From assembly GCA_964016885.1 (NCBI GenBank), contig CAXHJY010001353.1, positions 1-55,160 of the forward strand: a stretch of 55,160 nt of DNA. Direction: 5' to 3'. The notes beneath the pieces are model-generated. The model was given only the letters and a program-made list of their open reading frames with translations, had not been told where the DNA came from and ran no database searches. The first letter of the stretch is position 1; every line of letters begins with the position of its first letter. Source of the stretch: Eledone cirrhosa. Its lineage: Eukaryota. The position numbers and the translations under genes are program-made. Shown one piece after another: positions 1-11,925 of the stretch.

Positions 1-681
1 ACAGCCAGATGCCCTTCCTGATGGCAACCCTTTTAGTCACTTCTTACAACACGCAGGGTTACAGTTTGTCTGTTCTAAAAGTCAGGATACACATGGCATA
101 TATATATATATATATATATATGTATGGTCTCATAAGCCCTGATAGTTGTAGGGGTGCCGTATTGACATACAGCATTTCTTGGGCAATTTAAGCCTGATGG
201 AGCCCAGGCCTATATATATATATATATATATGTGCACATGCACACACACATGCATAACATATGCTCCATCATGTTCGAGATGATAAAATAATGCAAACAA
301 AATATTTTGTTGATTCTAAAATAACTGATAGTTAAGTTTACATCAATTTAGAGGTTATAGTTTGACTAGTAAAATATAAACATTGTTCTAACAATTCTGA
401 TAACCATCTGGGCTGTGTGGATTCTATCATCATGATATAGACATGTTTTCTTAAATGCAATACTATTTACTCACTTGCATGCTCACATATTGGTTCATAT
501 ATGTATTTTATACATACATATATACAACATATACACATGCATACATAAACAAATGTACACATGCATACATGTAAAGACACACACACACATACACATGTAT
601 GTGTAGTATATCTATATATATATATCATCATCATCGTTTAACCCATGCTAGAGTGGAAAATAAGCATGAAACGTTAGACAG

Positions 682-714
<33 letters not shown>

Positions 715-864
715 ATATTAAGGATACTATTTATGGTTATGTATATACTAAAATTTTTTATAGTTATATATATTTTAAACCCTAAACAGTGAAGGTCAGT
801 AATTTATTACTACCTTATTACCAGTAAGATAAATAGCTCAATGTAATAATATCAGTTGTTCTAT

Positions 865-921
<57 letters not shown>

Positions 922-1241
922 CATGATATAATATGGTATGTCTACTACGTTATCTTCTTCCTACAGATATCGTTGTCAGAATGCTATTGGCATGCAAGCT
1001 TTTCAGTTCTACATTTTATTCCATTGACCTGTTGACATCCTTGTATAAAGGTTTTACATAATGTCTGTGTGTGTGGGGGGGGGGGGGGGGTGCAGACATG
1101 GTTGTGTGGTTAAGTCTACTTTGCAACAACTTGACCTTACTTTCTCTAGCTTCGGGTCAACCAATGCCTTGAGTAAATTTGGTAGACAGAAACTGTAATG
1201 AAGCCCATCATGTGTGTATACACATATATTATCATTACTGT

Positions 1242-1429
1242 TTAATCCCTTAGCAATTAAACTGGCCGTATCCAGCCAGAATTCTCTCGCCTCTTTCTAT
1301 TCAAACCAGCTATAACTAGCCACTCATACTAACGTTAAGGTATTATTCTCAAAATCTCATAGATTCCATATGTGTTTCCCATGAAAATATACTAGTAAAT
1401 ATAGATTAATGTAAATACTAAAGGGTTAA
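1242..1429. mobile_element. piggyBac-like MITE, family 1
   Basis: TTAA-(T)CCCTTAGCA...TACTAAAGGG-TTAA. Internal sequence is shared with 11236-11457 and 16456-16679. Confidence 0.72.
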
Positions 1430-2045
1430 TGTCTATTTTCCATGCTTGCATCAGTTGGTTTTCTAGATCCAATAGATAAGTGGCATACTAATTTATGTCA
1501 AATTTTCATACACAATCATGACCTAGTGGTTAGGGTGTTGATTGAAGACAGTAAGGTAGTGGGTTCAATTTCTGGACCCAACAGTGTGTTGCTTTTCTTG
1601 AACAAGAAGCTTCATTTTTTGTTGTTTTTCATGATGGGACTGGGGTCCCTATCATTAAAACACCCAAGAAGCCTCCTATGAGGTTAAATCTCATAGGAGA
1701 CCACCTAAATCTGCATAGGGAGCTGTAATGTTTTTGTTTTGTTTTTACCCATTTCATGGTACTTGTGTATAAATTGTGCCATAATTTGTGCCATTTTTCT
1801 ATGAACATTATGTATGATACTGTATTACATGGTACTGTGAGAAAACAAACTTGGTACACACTAAGTAGTTGAGATTAGAAAGGGCATCCAGCCATAGAAA
1901 CCATGTCTAGCCTCAGAATGTGACAACCCATCTAACCCATGCAAGTAGAAAAAAATAGATGTAAAATGATATTGATATGGTATATTGTTATAATTGTTAC
2001 ATGAAACTGCACTTGAAATTCAATTTTTGTTTTCTCTTATTGCAG

Positions 2046-2107
2046 AGAAGTTCACCAATCTGGGAGGATTTTACGAATAAGGCTACAAAACTGAATTCAT
2101 CACTGAA
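2046..2107 (+). CDS. MTSS1: Internal coding exon of an MTSS1/MIM-like I-BAR (IMD) domain protein
   Basis: Acceptor ttttctcttattgcag, then 62 nt reading RSSPIWEDFTNKATKLNSSL(K), then donor gtaagt. The peptide matches, from memory, MTSS1 GSYPVWEDFINKAGKLQSQLR, and length and phase (0/2) match vertebrate MTSS1 exon 2 as I recall it. Too short for the ORF track. Confidence 0.88.
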
Positions 2108-2757
2108 GTAAGTACTTACAGAATAATGCTTCTTTTGTTAAGTTTTTTTTTACGCCCCATACCATGTATACTGAGCACTTGAAATCTGGTATTAATAATA
2201 ACTGTCTTTACAATCCTACTTGTAAAGTTTGAGTGAGCACACACTATTATCACATTTCTCTCTCATAGCACATTATTTTTATAAGTGTGCATGTGTATGG
2301 ATGCATGTGTTTACATATGTGTGTATGCGAGTGTGTATATATATTTATATATATATATACTCATACATACGTGTGCGTGTGTTTATATATATATGTGTTT
2401 TTATATATATATATATTATGTGTAAACGTTTGTATGTATGTAATATGTATAAGTAGGAGTGACTAATCAAATTTGGTAATGTGTTAGTTGAATGTATTCT
2501 TTTGTAATCTGTTAGTAACCTAATATAAACACCCTTCTATTAATAATGCTCATTTATGGTAAAGCAAATGCTGTTCTTGTACTCTACTTCCACATATTTG
2601 CATATCCCTGTACAATTGTCTGGTGAGAGTTATGTGTGTTCGTGTATGTGTGTGTTTATATACTATTGAAGGCCATGTGATGTTTCGACGATTTTTAGTT
2701 TATTATATATTTAGAGCCCTGTAATGTTGATAAGTCTGCCTTGCTCTCATATAAATG

Positions 2758-3075
2758 TTGTTGCAGTTCACACCTATGTAGGTTTAGTTAACCTGCTATG
2801 AAGTTGCATCTTGTAGGAGGTTTCTTGGGTACTTTAAATATAGGGGTTACAGTCCAATCATATTGTTGTTACAAGTCACACCTATGTAGGTTTAGCTAAC
2901 CTGTTATGAGGTCCCAGCTTCTAGGAGGTTTCTTGGGTGTTATAAAGGTAGGGTTAGCAGTCCTATCATGTTGTTACAACTCACACCTATGTAGGTTTAG
3001 CTAACCTGCTATGAAGTTCCATCTTATAGCAGCTTTCTTATGTGTTTTAAAGATGGGGGCAACAGTCCTATCATG
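2758..3075. repeat. ~107-bp tandem triplication of a SINE-internal segment
   Basis: tcacacctatgtaggtttag..aacctg repeated three times. Related to the reverse complement of 1629-1720, and continues into a - strand SINE head at ~3080-3155. Confidence 0.85.
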
Positions 3076-3779
3076 AAATGAAGCATCTTGCTTAAAAACA
3101 CAATGTACTGTTCTGTCCAGGAATCAAACCCATGGCCTTATGATTGTGAGTCCAAATAGCCCATTCCAGAAGGGTGTTGCTGTAGGGTGTCATGGATAAA
3201 ACAGCCAGCCTGATGAAACCTCTCTACAGGTAACAATGAAATGGGCCTCCATCAGTGTTGATGATGTATTCCAGTTGTTCAACTAATGGAACAGCTTGCT
3301 CATGAAATTAATGTGTAACTATTTGAGCATTCTACACACACGTGGCTCAGTGTGGTACAGTACGTGACAAGGTGCAAATTACAAGTACAGTCCATGTTAC
3401 AGACTTCCAAATTCACTCACAAGGCTTTCATTGACCTGAAGCTATGGTACATGACACTTATCCAAGATGGCACTCAGTGGGATTGAACCTGGAACCTAAT
3501 GATTGTGAAACGAACTTCTTAACCATTCAGCTATGTTGCTTTCACACATGCAACAATACATCACAATCAATTTCATTTATTTACCTTTTTGAAACCACTC
3601 ATGATTTTATGATACAAATCTGTATATTTTAAAGTGTTTATATTTATTGAAAAATCTTCCATCATTTTACGCAAGAACCTTTATGTTCCAAGCACCAACT
3701 TAATAATTATATTAGTAAAATGTTACTCCTGATAGGAGTAGAGGTGTACTTCTTATGAATACAAGCGTAGTTCAAGGAT

Positions 3780-4085
3780 CAGAAAGTCACCCCAGGTAGA
3801 GCTGCTACTTCTCCAAATTAAGAGATCACAGCTCCGATATTACAAGCATGCAAATTTCAGGAAAGAACACTGGATAGATTTTATGAGCAAAACCAACTGG
3901 CAGGAGACCCAGGGGTAGACCCTGAGCAAGATAGTTGGATAACATCCACGAGTTTGGCTGGTCTCACTTGGGGATCCAACAAGATCAATTGGAGATGGTT
4001 GCTTCTGACAGGACCCAGTGGACGGCATGCTTGAGGACTCTGTCCCCCATGACTCTTGCAGGAATAATTGGGCGAAAAAGAAATG
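3780..4085 (+). mobile_element. Old 3' fragment of an Expander/Rex3-like RTE LINE
   Basis: Translates across a frameshift to KPTGRRPRGRP...LDNIHEFGWSHLGIQQDQLEMVASDRTQW, resembling the Rex3/Expander C-terminus as I recall it. Confidence 0.7.
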
Positions 4086-4404
4086 TTACTCAAAATTATT
4101 TGAAAATTACTGGGGTTTTTTGTCAAAATATGATAAAAGGGTTAAAGCTCTTTCAAATGTCTTAATGGGTGAGACTTTTGAAACTAAATTTCTATGCGTG
4201 ATTCAGCGTGTGTGCCTGTATTTGCTTGTGTGTGCATGTGTGCGTTACATTTTCTTCCAGACTACTGACCTTCAATGTGAAAGATTTTTTTTTGTTTTAT
4301 TGCTGGTAGAGGGAAGGGGTATTTTCTTTTTTTCTTTCAGTTGATTTCCTTTATCCAAACCATTAGTTGTACTACAAGAGGAAATACTTAACATAAATGT
4401 TTAT

Positions 4405-4448
<44 letters not shown>

Positions 4449-5214
4449 TATTCTATAGCATTGCAAACTCTTGCTAGGCCGACACAAAATTGTTGCCTGT
4501 CTCCAGTTTTACTTATTTCTTATCCTTGTTCATTTATTGTATTCAAATACCTCCATTGAAATCAGCCATAATTATGAGGAAATTTCTTTACCACAGAATC
4601 CAACTTGTTAGTTATTTCAATGATCAATGATACATACAAGAAATTTTTATAGGAATCAGCTCCTAAAATAGTCTCAGACCCACATTTCTATGTGTCTCTT
4701 TTTGAAAGACATTATCATAGCTAACTGATAATATCTAATAACTAGCAATAAGCTTTTTATATAAAAGTACTTTTAACTCTTAACGTCCTATACCACATGA
4801 AACTGCATTAGCAAGACATTCTTGGAAAATAGAAAACAAAACTGTGACTGCATCACATAAAAGCTTAGTCTTTACTTTAATGGAGAAAATTTTCAGTGAT
4901 CTGTTCACCAGTAGAGATATAAACATTTGAATAAACAAGTCTTCTTTTAGATATTTTATGCTAAATCATCACCATCATCATTACTGTTTGACTATTTTCC
5001 ATGCTTGCATAGGTTAGACAGCTGTCATGGGCTGTCAGGTGACTCTCCTACTCATATGTTTTGTATCTATGGCTAGATGCCCTTCCTAACACCAACCACT
5101 TTACAGTGTGTACTGGGAGCATTTTATCATGACAGGGTGGACTGGGTTACAGAATATTAAGAGTTAAGCTTATAATGACTTTGACAGTAAAAGGTGTATG
5201 GCTTAGGGGTTAGG

Positions 5215-5480
5215 ATCTTTAGCTCATAATCGTAAAAACAGGAGTTTGATTCCCAGCAGCACAGTGTCCTTGATAAGATACTTTATTTCATGTTGCTCCA
5301 TTCCACTCATTGTAGCCTAGTGGTTAAGATGATGGACTCGTGATCATATGGTTGTGGGTTCAATTCCTGGACCATGCAGTGTGTTGTGTCCTTGAGGAAG
5401 ATACTTATTTCATGTTGATTTTCATGATAGGACCGTGGTCCCTTATTAAAACACCTGAAGAACTTCATATGAGATAGAAC
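5215..5480 (+). mobile_element. Two tandem tRNA-derived SINE heads
   Basis: tagcctagtggttaag...ctcgtga...gggttcaattcc followed by gtgtccttgaggaagatactt. A decayed copy lies directly upstream. Confidence 0.7.
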
Positions 5481-6180
5481 CACCATAGGTGTGAGCTGTA
5501 AATTTCCATTCACTTTCATTTCAATGATGGCAGTAGTAGTATTCGTGGTGGTGATAGATGTTCTGCATAGAGTACACTTATGTATACAAAATCTGTGTGT
5601 GTATTGGGATATATATGTGTGTGTGTGGGTGTGTGATAGTGTATTGGAGTGTGTGTTAAAGGCGAAAACTGGGCCACATTTCAAGCATATGTTAAATTGA
5701 AAGAAACCTGTTTAAAAATTAATTTCCAGCATTGGTATTTCCTCATATTAATTTGTGTGAGTGTGTTTGTGTGCAAGTTATTGAGTACATATGAATGTGT
5801 GGGCTTTAAGTGAATTTGAGTGTGTGTATGTATATGTGTGAGGGATTGAGTGCATGTGTAGGAGTTTGTGTGTGTGTTTCTTTTTTATCTTTGCCATATT
5901 TTGTCCAATATTTATCAGTGGTATTATAAAACACAGCTCAGCTCAAACAGCAATATTACTATCTAACTCTATAATTATCATCTGAAGACTGTTATCACTG
6001 AAAATACAACCATCATCAATCATGTTATGGAATATTATATATATATATATATATGTAGGAGGTGGGTTTTATTGTAGTACAATAAAGCAATGCAGATATC
6101 GGATAAGAAGCACTCTACAGTTTGTAGGACTGGAGTATACATAATATATAAGATCAAAAGATGGTTAAAGGAGTTCCATG

Positions 6181-6247
6181 TATTTTATTATGCGCATTTC
6201 AAAAACAAACATCATCATGCAATAATGTGTTTTCATCAGATAAAACA
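6181..6247 (-). ncRNA. Type-I hammerhead ribozyme (left arm of fold-back)
   Basis: Same fold on the - strand with the perfect palindromic stem III AUGCGCAU (6190-6197). Core at 6233-6239. Confidence 0.8.
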
Positions 6248-6343
6248 GGAGGACATGATATGAAGGCTAAAAAACACTTGTGATATGTTGATTTAAAACT
6301 GCACTATCCACAAGTGTTTTTTAGCCTTCATATCATGTCCTCC

Positions 6344-6414
6344 TGTTTTATCTGATGAAAACACAAATATTATTGCATGATGATGTTTGTTTTTGAAATG
6401 TGCATAATAAAATA
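6344..6414 (+). ncRNA. Type-I hammerhead ribozyme (right arm of fold-back)
   Basis: UGUUUUAU-CUGAUGA-[36-nt stem II hairpin]-GAAA-UGUGCAU-A-AUAAAAUA. Stem I is 8 bp with one GU, stem III is quasi-palindromic, the triplet is AUA, and the predicted cut is after 6406. Confidence 0.8.
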
Positions 6415-6442
6415 CATGGAACTCCTTTAACCATCTTTTGAT

Positions 6443-6483
<41 letters not shown>

Positions 6484-6486
<3 letters not shown>

Positions 6487-8205
6487 GAGAATAATTGGGA
6501 GAAAGGCAGTCTCCCCCATATCGACCCAATAGAGGGACCAGCAGTGTTAGTCGAGGGGAGTATAATAAGTAAGGCAATCAAGGATATGAAGACTGGTAAG
6601 GCGGCTGGGCCTTCGGAAATAGTTGCTGAGATGCTGAAGGCATCTGGCACGGTGGGACACACCATGGTCACCCGCATAGTTAACCAAGTCGTACAGAATG
6701 GGGTTGTTCCGAAGGACTGGCATAGCAGCATCATCGTTAACTGTTATAAGGGTAAAGGAGACGCCCTAGATAGGAGTAACTATAGAGGCATTAAATTAAT
6801 CGACCAGGTCATGAAGGTCACGGAAAGAGTAATAGCGCAACTAATCAGAGAGAGAATTGACCTAGATGAAATGCAGTTCGGGTTTGTGTCAGGCAAAAGT
6901 ACCACAGACGCTCTTTTCATAGTACGACAACTACAGGAGAAGTACCTAGCTAAAGGTAAACCCCTCTACTTAGCTTTTGTCGACTTGGAGAAAGCCTTCG
7001 ACAGAGTCCCCCGCTCCATTATCTGGTGGGCTCTTAGAAAACTAGGCGTTGACGAATGGCTTGTGAGGGCTATACAAGCCATGTATAAAGAAACAGTCAG
7101 CAAGGTTAGAATTAACAACGAATATAGTGAAGAGTTTAGCGTAAAAGTTGGCGTCCATCAGGGCTCTGTTCTCAGTCCACTACTATTTATTATTGCCCTT
7201 CAGGCTATAACAGAGGAGTTCAAGACAGGCTGCCCATGGGAACTCCTATACGCAGACGACCTGACACTCATAGCGGAATCAATGGCCGAGCTAGAGAAGA
7301 AATTCCAAACATGGAAGCACGGCCTAGAGTCAAAAGGACTTAAAATTAACCTGGCTAAGACCAAAGTACTAGTTTGTAGGAAAGAAAACAAGGCGGCGGT
7401 CCCTTCTGGGAAATGGTCGTGCTCGGTGTGTAGGAAAGGCGTAGGTAGAAACTCCATTTTATGTCCTAAATGCAAAGTATGGGTGCATAAAAGATGTAGT
7501 GGGATCACAGGTAAGCTAACTAAGAACATAGATTTTACATGTGGCCGGTGCTCTGGTGCAATAAGTAGCAGCAAGTGCCCACAAACTACTAGCTCTTTCA
7601 ATTGCGCAGAGGGTTCTATAGAAATAGTGGACAGCTTCCGTTACCTGGGCGATAAAATCAGCAGTGGGGGAGGGTGCTCTGAAAGTACTGTAGCTAGAGT
7701 CAGAACTGGTTGGAAAAAGTTCAGAGAGCTTATACCACTATTAGCTGCCAAAGGGTTCTCACTAAAAATGAAAGGCAGGTTGTACGATGCCTGCATACGA
7801 ACAGCAATGCTGCATGGCAGTGAGACCTGGGCATTGTGTGCAGAGGATATACGCAGACTAGAGAGGAACGAAGCTTGCATGCTCCGCTGGATGTGTAACA
7901 GTAATATACGTGAACGGCAAAGCATAAACGAACTAAGGAAAAAATTAGAGATAAGAGGGATCAGATGTTGTTTACTCGAGAGAAGGCTACGTTGGTATGG
8001 ACACGTGATGCGCATGAAAGTCGATAGCTGTATAACAAAGTGCAGGGCAATAAAGATAGACGGTAGTCACGGAATAGGCAGACCTAGAAAAACCTGGGAC
8101 GAGCTGATAAACTCCGACATCACACACTTACACCTATCCAAGACAATGTCACTGGACCGAGACCTTTGGCGGTACTCAGTAACAGAGAAGACCCGCCTTA
8201 CCTAA
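6484..8205 (+). CDS. Reverse transcriptase ORF (partial, uninterrupted) with an internal PHD-like zinc finger
   Basis: Motifs NYRGIKL, QFGF, FVDLEKAFD, GVHQGSVLSPLLF, LLYADD, FRYLG and the RTE C-terminus RRLRWYGHVMRM..GRPRKTW. The frame is open upstream of the track start (EENNWEK...). Finger: CSVC..CPKC..WVHKRC..CGRC. Confidence 0.93.
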
Positions 8206-8605
8206 ATATATAGTAAAACCTACTCCAGCCAGTAGGCATCTCTAACAAAATACACCCCGTCCCACCACCACCACCCCCACCCGATCCACACCACCCCGTT
8301 CTATGTAAAGTTATGTTGGTGCCGCGCCATCGAGGCCGAAACAAATGAGATCGTGTAGGTGTCACGACAAAAAAACACACGGTCCACGCTGTAATGTGGC
8401 CGTGTAGGCAACACGGTAAAAACCTCCCAGACCCACACTGTAAATGTGGTTGGTGTTAGGAAGGGCATCCAACTGTAGAAAACCTGCCAGACTGTCCTAT
8501 GCGAGCAAGACAATCACTCTTGCCTCAAGTGGGACTACCCCCGTCCAAACCCATGCAAGCATGGAACACGGACGTTAAACGTTGATGATGATGATGATGA
8601 TGATG
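6484..8605 (+). mobile_element. RTE-clade non-LTR retrotransposon, family A, copy 1 (5'-truncated, no endonuclease)
   Basis: Starts abruptly after (TA)n. Contains the RT ORF, a ~375-nt 3'UTR, the terminal motif cccatgcaagcatgg...ggacgttaaac and a (TGA)n tail. Confidence 0.95.
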
Positions 8606-10322
8606 AGTATATGTATATATATATATAAGTATATGTATATATATATATATATAAGTATATATATATATATATATATAAGTATATGTATATATATATATAT
8701 ATATAAGTATATGTATATATAAGTATATGTATATATATGAGTATATGTATATATATGAGTATATATATATATGAGTATATGTATATATATATATATGAGT
8801 ATATGTATATATATATATATGAGTATATGTATATATATATATATGAGTATATGTATATATATATATATGAGTATATGTATATATATATATATGAGTATAT
8901 GTATATATATATATATGAGTATATGTATATATATATATATGAGTATATGTATATATATATATATGAGTATATGTATATATATATATGAGTATATGTATAT
9001 ATATATATATGAGTATATGTATATATATATATATGAGTATATGTATATATATATATATGAGTATATGTATATATATATATGAGTATATGTATATATATAT
9101 ATGAGTATATATATATATATATGAGTATATGTATATATATATATATGAGTATATGTATATATATATATATGAGTATATGTATATATATATATATGAGTAT
9201 ATGTATATATATATATATGAGTATATGTATATATATATATGAGTATATGTATATATATATATATGAGTATATGTATATATATATATATGAGTATATGTAT
9301 ATATATATATGAGTATATGTATATATATATATGAGTATATGTATATATATATATATATGTATGTATATATATATGAGTATATGTATATATATATATATGA
9401 GTATATGTATATATATATATGAGTATATGTATATATATATATGAGTATATGTATATATATGAGTATATGTATATATATATATGAGTATATGTATATATAT
9501 ATATGAGTATATGTATATATATATATGAGTATATGTATATATATATATGAGTATATGTATATATATATATATGAGTATATGTATATATATGAGTATATGT
9601 ATATATATGAGTATATGTATATATATGAGTATATGTATATATATGAGTATATGTATATATATGAGTATATGTATATATATATGAGTATGTGTATATATAT
9701 ATGAGTATGTGTATATATATATGAGTATGTGTATATATATATATGAGTATGTGTATATATATATATGAGTATATGTATATATATATATGAGTATATGTAT
9801 ATATATATATGAGTATATGTATATATATATATGAGTATATGTATATATATATATGAGTATATGTATATATATATATGAGTATATGTATATATATATATGA
9901 GTATATGTATATATATATATGAGTATATGTATATATATATATGAGTATATGTATATATATATATGAGTATATGTATATATATATATGAGTATATGTATAT
10001 ATATATATATGAGTATATGTATATATATATATGAGCATATGTATATATATATATGAGCATATGTATATATATATATGAGCATATGTATATATATATATGA
10101 GCATATGTATATATATATGAGTATATGTATATATATATGAGTATATGTATATATATGTGTTGTGTATATATGTGTTGTATATGTATATATGTGTGTTGTA
10201 TATGTATATATATGTGTATATGTATATATGTGTGTCTGTCTATGTATGTATGTATGTATATACATACATACATATGTGTCTATGTATATATGTGTCTCTG
10301 TGTATGTATATATATGTGTGTC

Positions 10323-10358
<36 letters not shown>

Positions 10359-10377
10359 CTATATATATATATAATGA

Positions 10378-10425
<48 letters not shown>
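8606..10425. repeat. Compound micro/minisatellite, mainly GAGTATATG(TA)n units
   Basis: Direct inspection; units are ~18-24 bp. Confidence 0.97.
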
Positions 10426-10429
<4 letters not shown>

Positions 10430-10953
10430 AGCAAAATTTGTTTTCATTTTTAACATGTTGGATAAATGTATTCGTGAGTGAATAATAATATTACTATTCA
10501 CTCCTGAATATATATATATGTAAAGTGGCCGTGTAGTTGTCAATGATGGAAAGCGCCTAGTCCACACTGTAAAGCGGTCGTGTAGAAGTCACGATAAAAA
10601 GCACGCATTCCACATTATAAAGTGTTTGTGTCGGTGTCATCAAAAAAAGCGCCCAGTACACTCTGTAAATGTGGTTGGCATTAGGAAAGGCACCCAGAAA
10701 CCAAGTCAAAATCAGTTCTGTGTGAACAAAACACTATCCTCCAACTTGGATCTCTCACAACATGACAGCACGTTTTACTCATGCTAGCATGGAAAATGGC
10801 AGGCACACATACACACCAACAAATTTTTATACACATATGCACTCACTCACCAACAAGTTTTTATACATATACACAGACAAATGTTATACACGCACACGCA
10901 TACATGCACACACACACACATACATGCACACACACACACACACACATATACAT

Positions 10954-10987
<34 letters not shown>

Positions 10988-11235
10988 TTTCATACATATA
11001 CATGCACACACACATCTACAATTTGTTATACAAACAAATACACACGCAAATATTTTCATTGGTAAGCCGAAATATTTTGGTTGCTGAGGTCTTTCATCCC
11101 ACTAAAATGTTTGTAGTGAAAAAAAAAAAAATTCAAGAATATAGTAGAAGAGTCTAAATCTGTCTATTTCACTTTTAATAGAATCACAGCTTTTGTAACA
11201 AACAAACCGAATTTAAATATGTTAATATATAAACA

Positions 11236-11457
11236 TTAACCCTTTAACATTTACATTACTCTATATATACTATTGTATTTTCGTGGTAAACACTTTACCT
11301 CATAATTATCTCATATAATATCGAATCTGAGATTTTGATATTATTTATTTTTAGAACAATGCCTTAATGTCAGTATGAGTGGCTGGTTATGACCAGTTTT
11401 AACAGAAAGAGATGAGAATTCTGACCAGATATGGCCAGTTTAAATGTTAACGGGTAA
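11236..11457. mobile_element. piggyBac-like MITE, family 1 (opposite orientation)
   Basis: TTAA-CCCTTTAACATTTA...TAAATGTTAACGGG. Reverse complement of the 16456 copy. Confidence 0.72.
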
Positions 11458-11754
11458 GCAGATTTAGCTGGCCTCCTATGATGTTGCTTTTCATAGAAAG
11501 TTTCTTGGATGTTTTAATAATAGTACTGCTATTTCTTAGAATGTCAATAGAAAAAGCTGAAAATAAAAAAAACCTGTACATTGAAACTATCCTAAAACTA
11601 TTAAGTAAAGAAACTGGTTGTTTTGTTTCTTTTGTTTTGGGGGGGATTTTTGCCTAATACCTCTTGATTGTGACTAAATGAAGCAGGTTTGTTTTCTGTG
11701 CATTGAAAATTTTTGACAAACCTACTTTTTAAATAGAATTTTGTTTGTTCTGAG

Positions 11755-11925
11755 AACTGTATTGGTGGGTGGATATATCAATGTATCAAGATTGGTGGCT
11801 CCTGGTAGACAGGGAAGGGGGCACCCATGTAAAACCTGGGAAGAGGTAATCAGGGATGATCTGAAAGCCTGGAATCTGGACTAAAACCTATCCCTGAAAC
11901 GAACATTCTGGAGAGATGCTTTGAA
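11755..11925 (+). mobile_element. Decayed RTE 3' coding fragment
   Basis: Reads GRQGRGHPCKTWEEVIRDDLKAWNL, similar to GRRGRGRPRKTWAEVVRTDL of family B. Confidence 0.6.

Larger units (their letters stand above)
6144..6451. repeat. Near-perfect fold-back (arms ~140 bp, 26-nt spacer 6283-6308), probable inverted Penelope-type pLTR
   Basis: 6144-6282 is the reverse complement of 6309-6451 apart from a few substitutions and a 4-nt indel. Confidence 0.95.

Noticed and set aside
3205-3260. CUGAUGA...GAAA-UGG..CCAU-C hammerhead-like motif
   Set aside because: Stem I does not pair, stem II is displaced from GAAA, and the related region near 40.3 kb lacks the core.
5311-5375. tRNA gene (His-like); also 23275-23340 on the - strand
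   Set aside because: The stems are degenerate and it runs directly into a SINE body, so it is a SINE head.
8525-10273. 500-990 aa Y/I/H/T/M/C/V-rich ORFs here and at 23.5-26.5, 29.3-30.2, 36-38.7 and 52.9-54.8 kb
   Set aside because: Translations of TA/TG microsatellites that lack stop codons.
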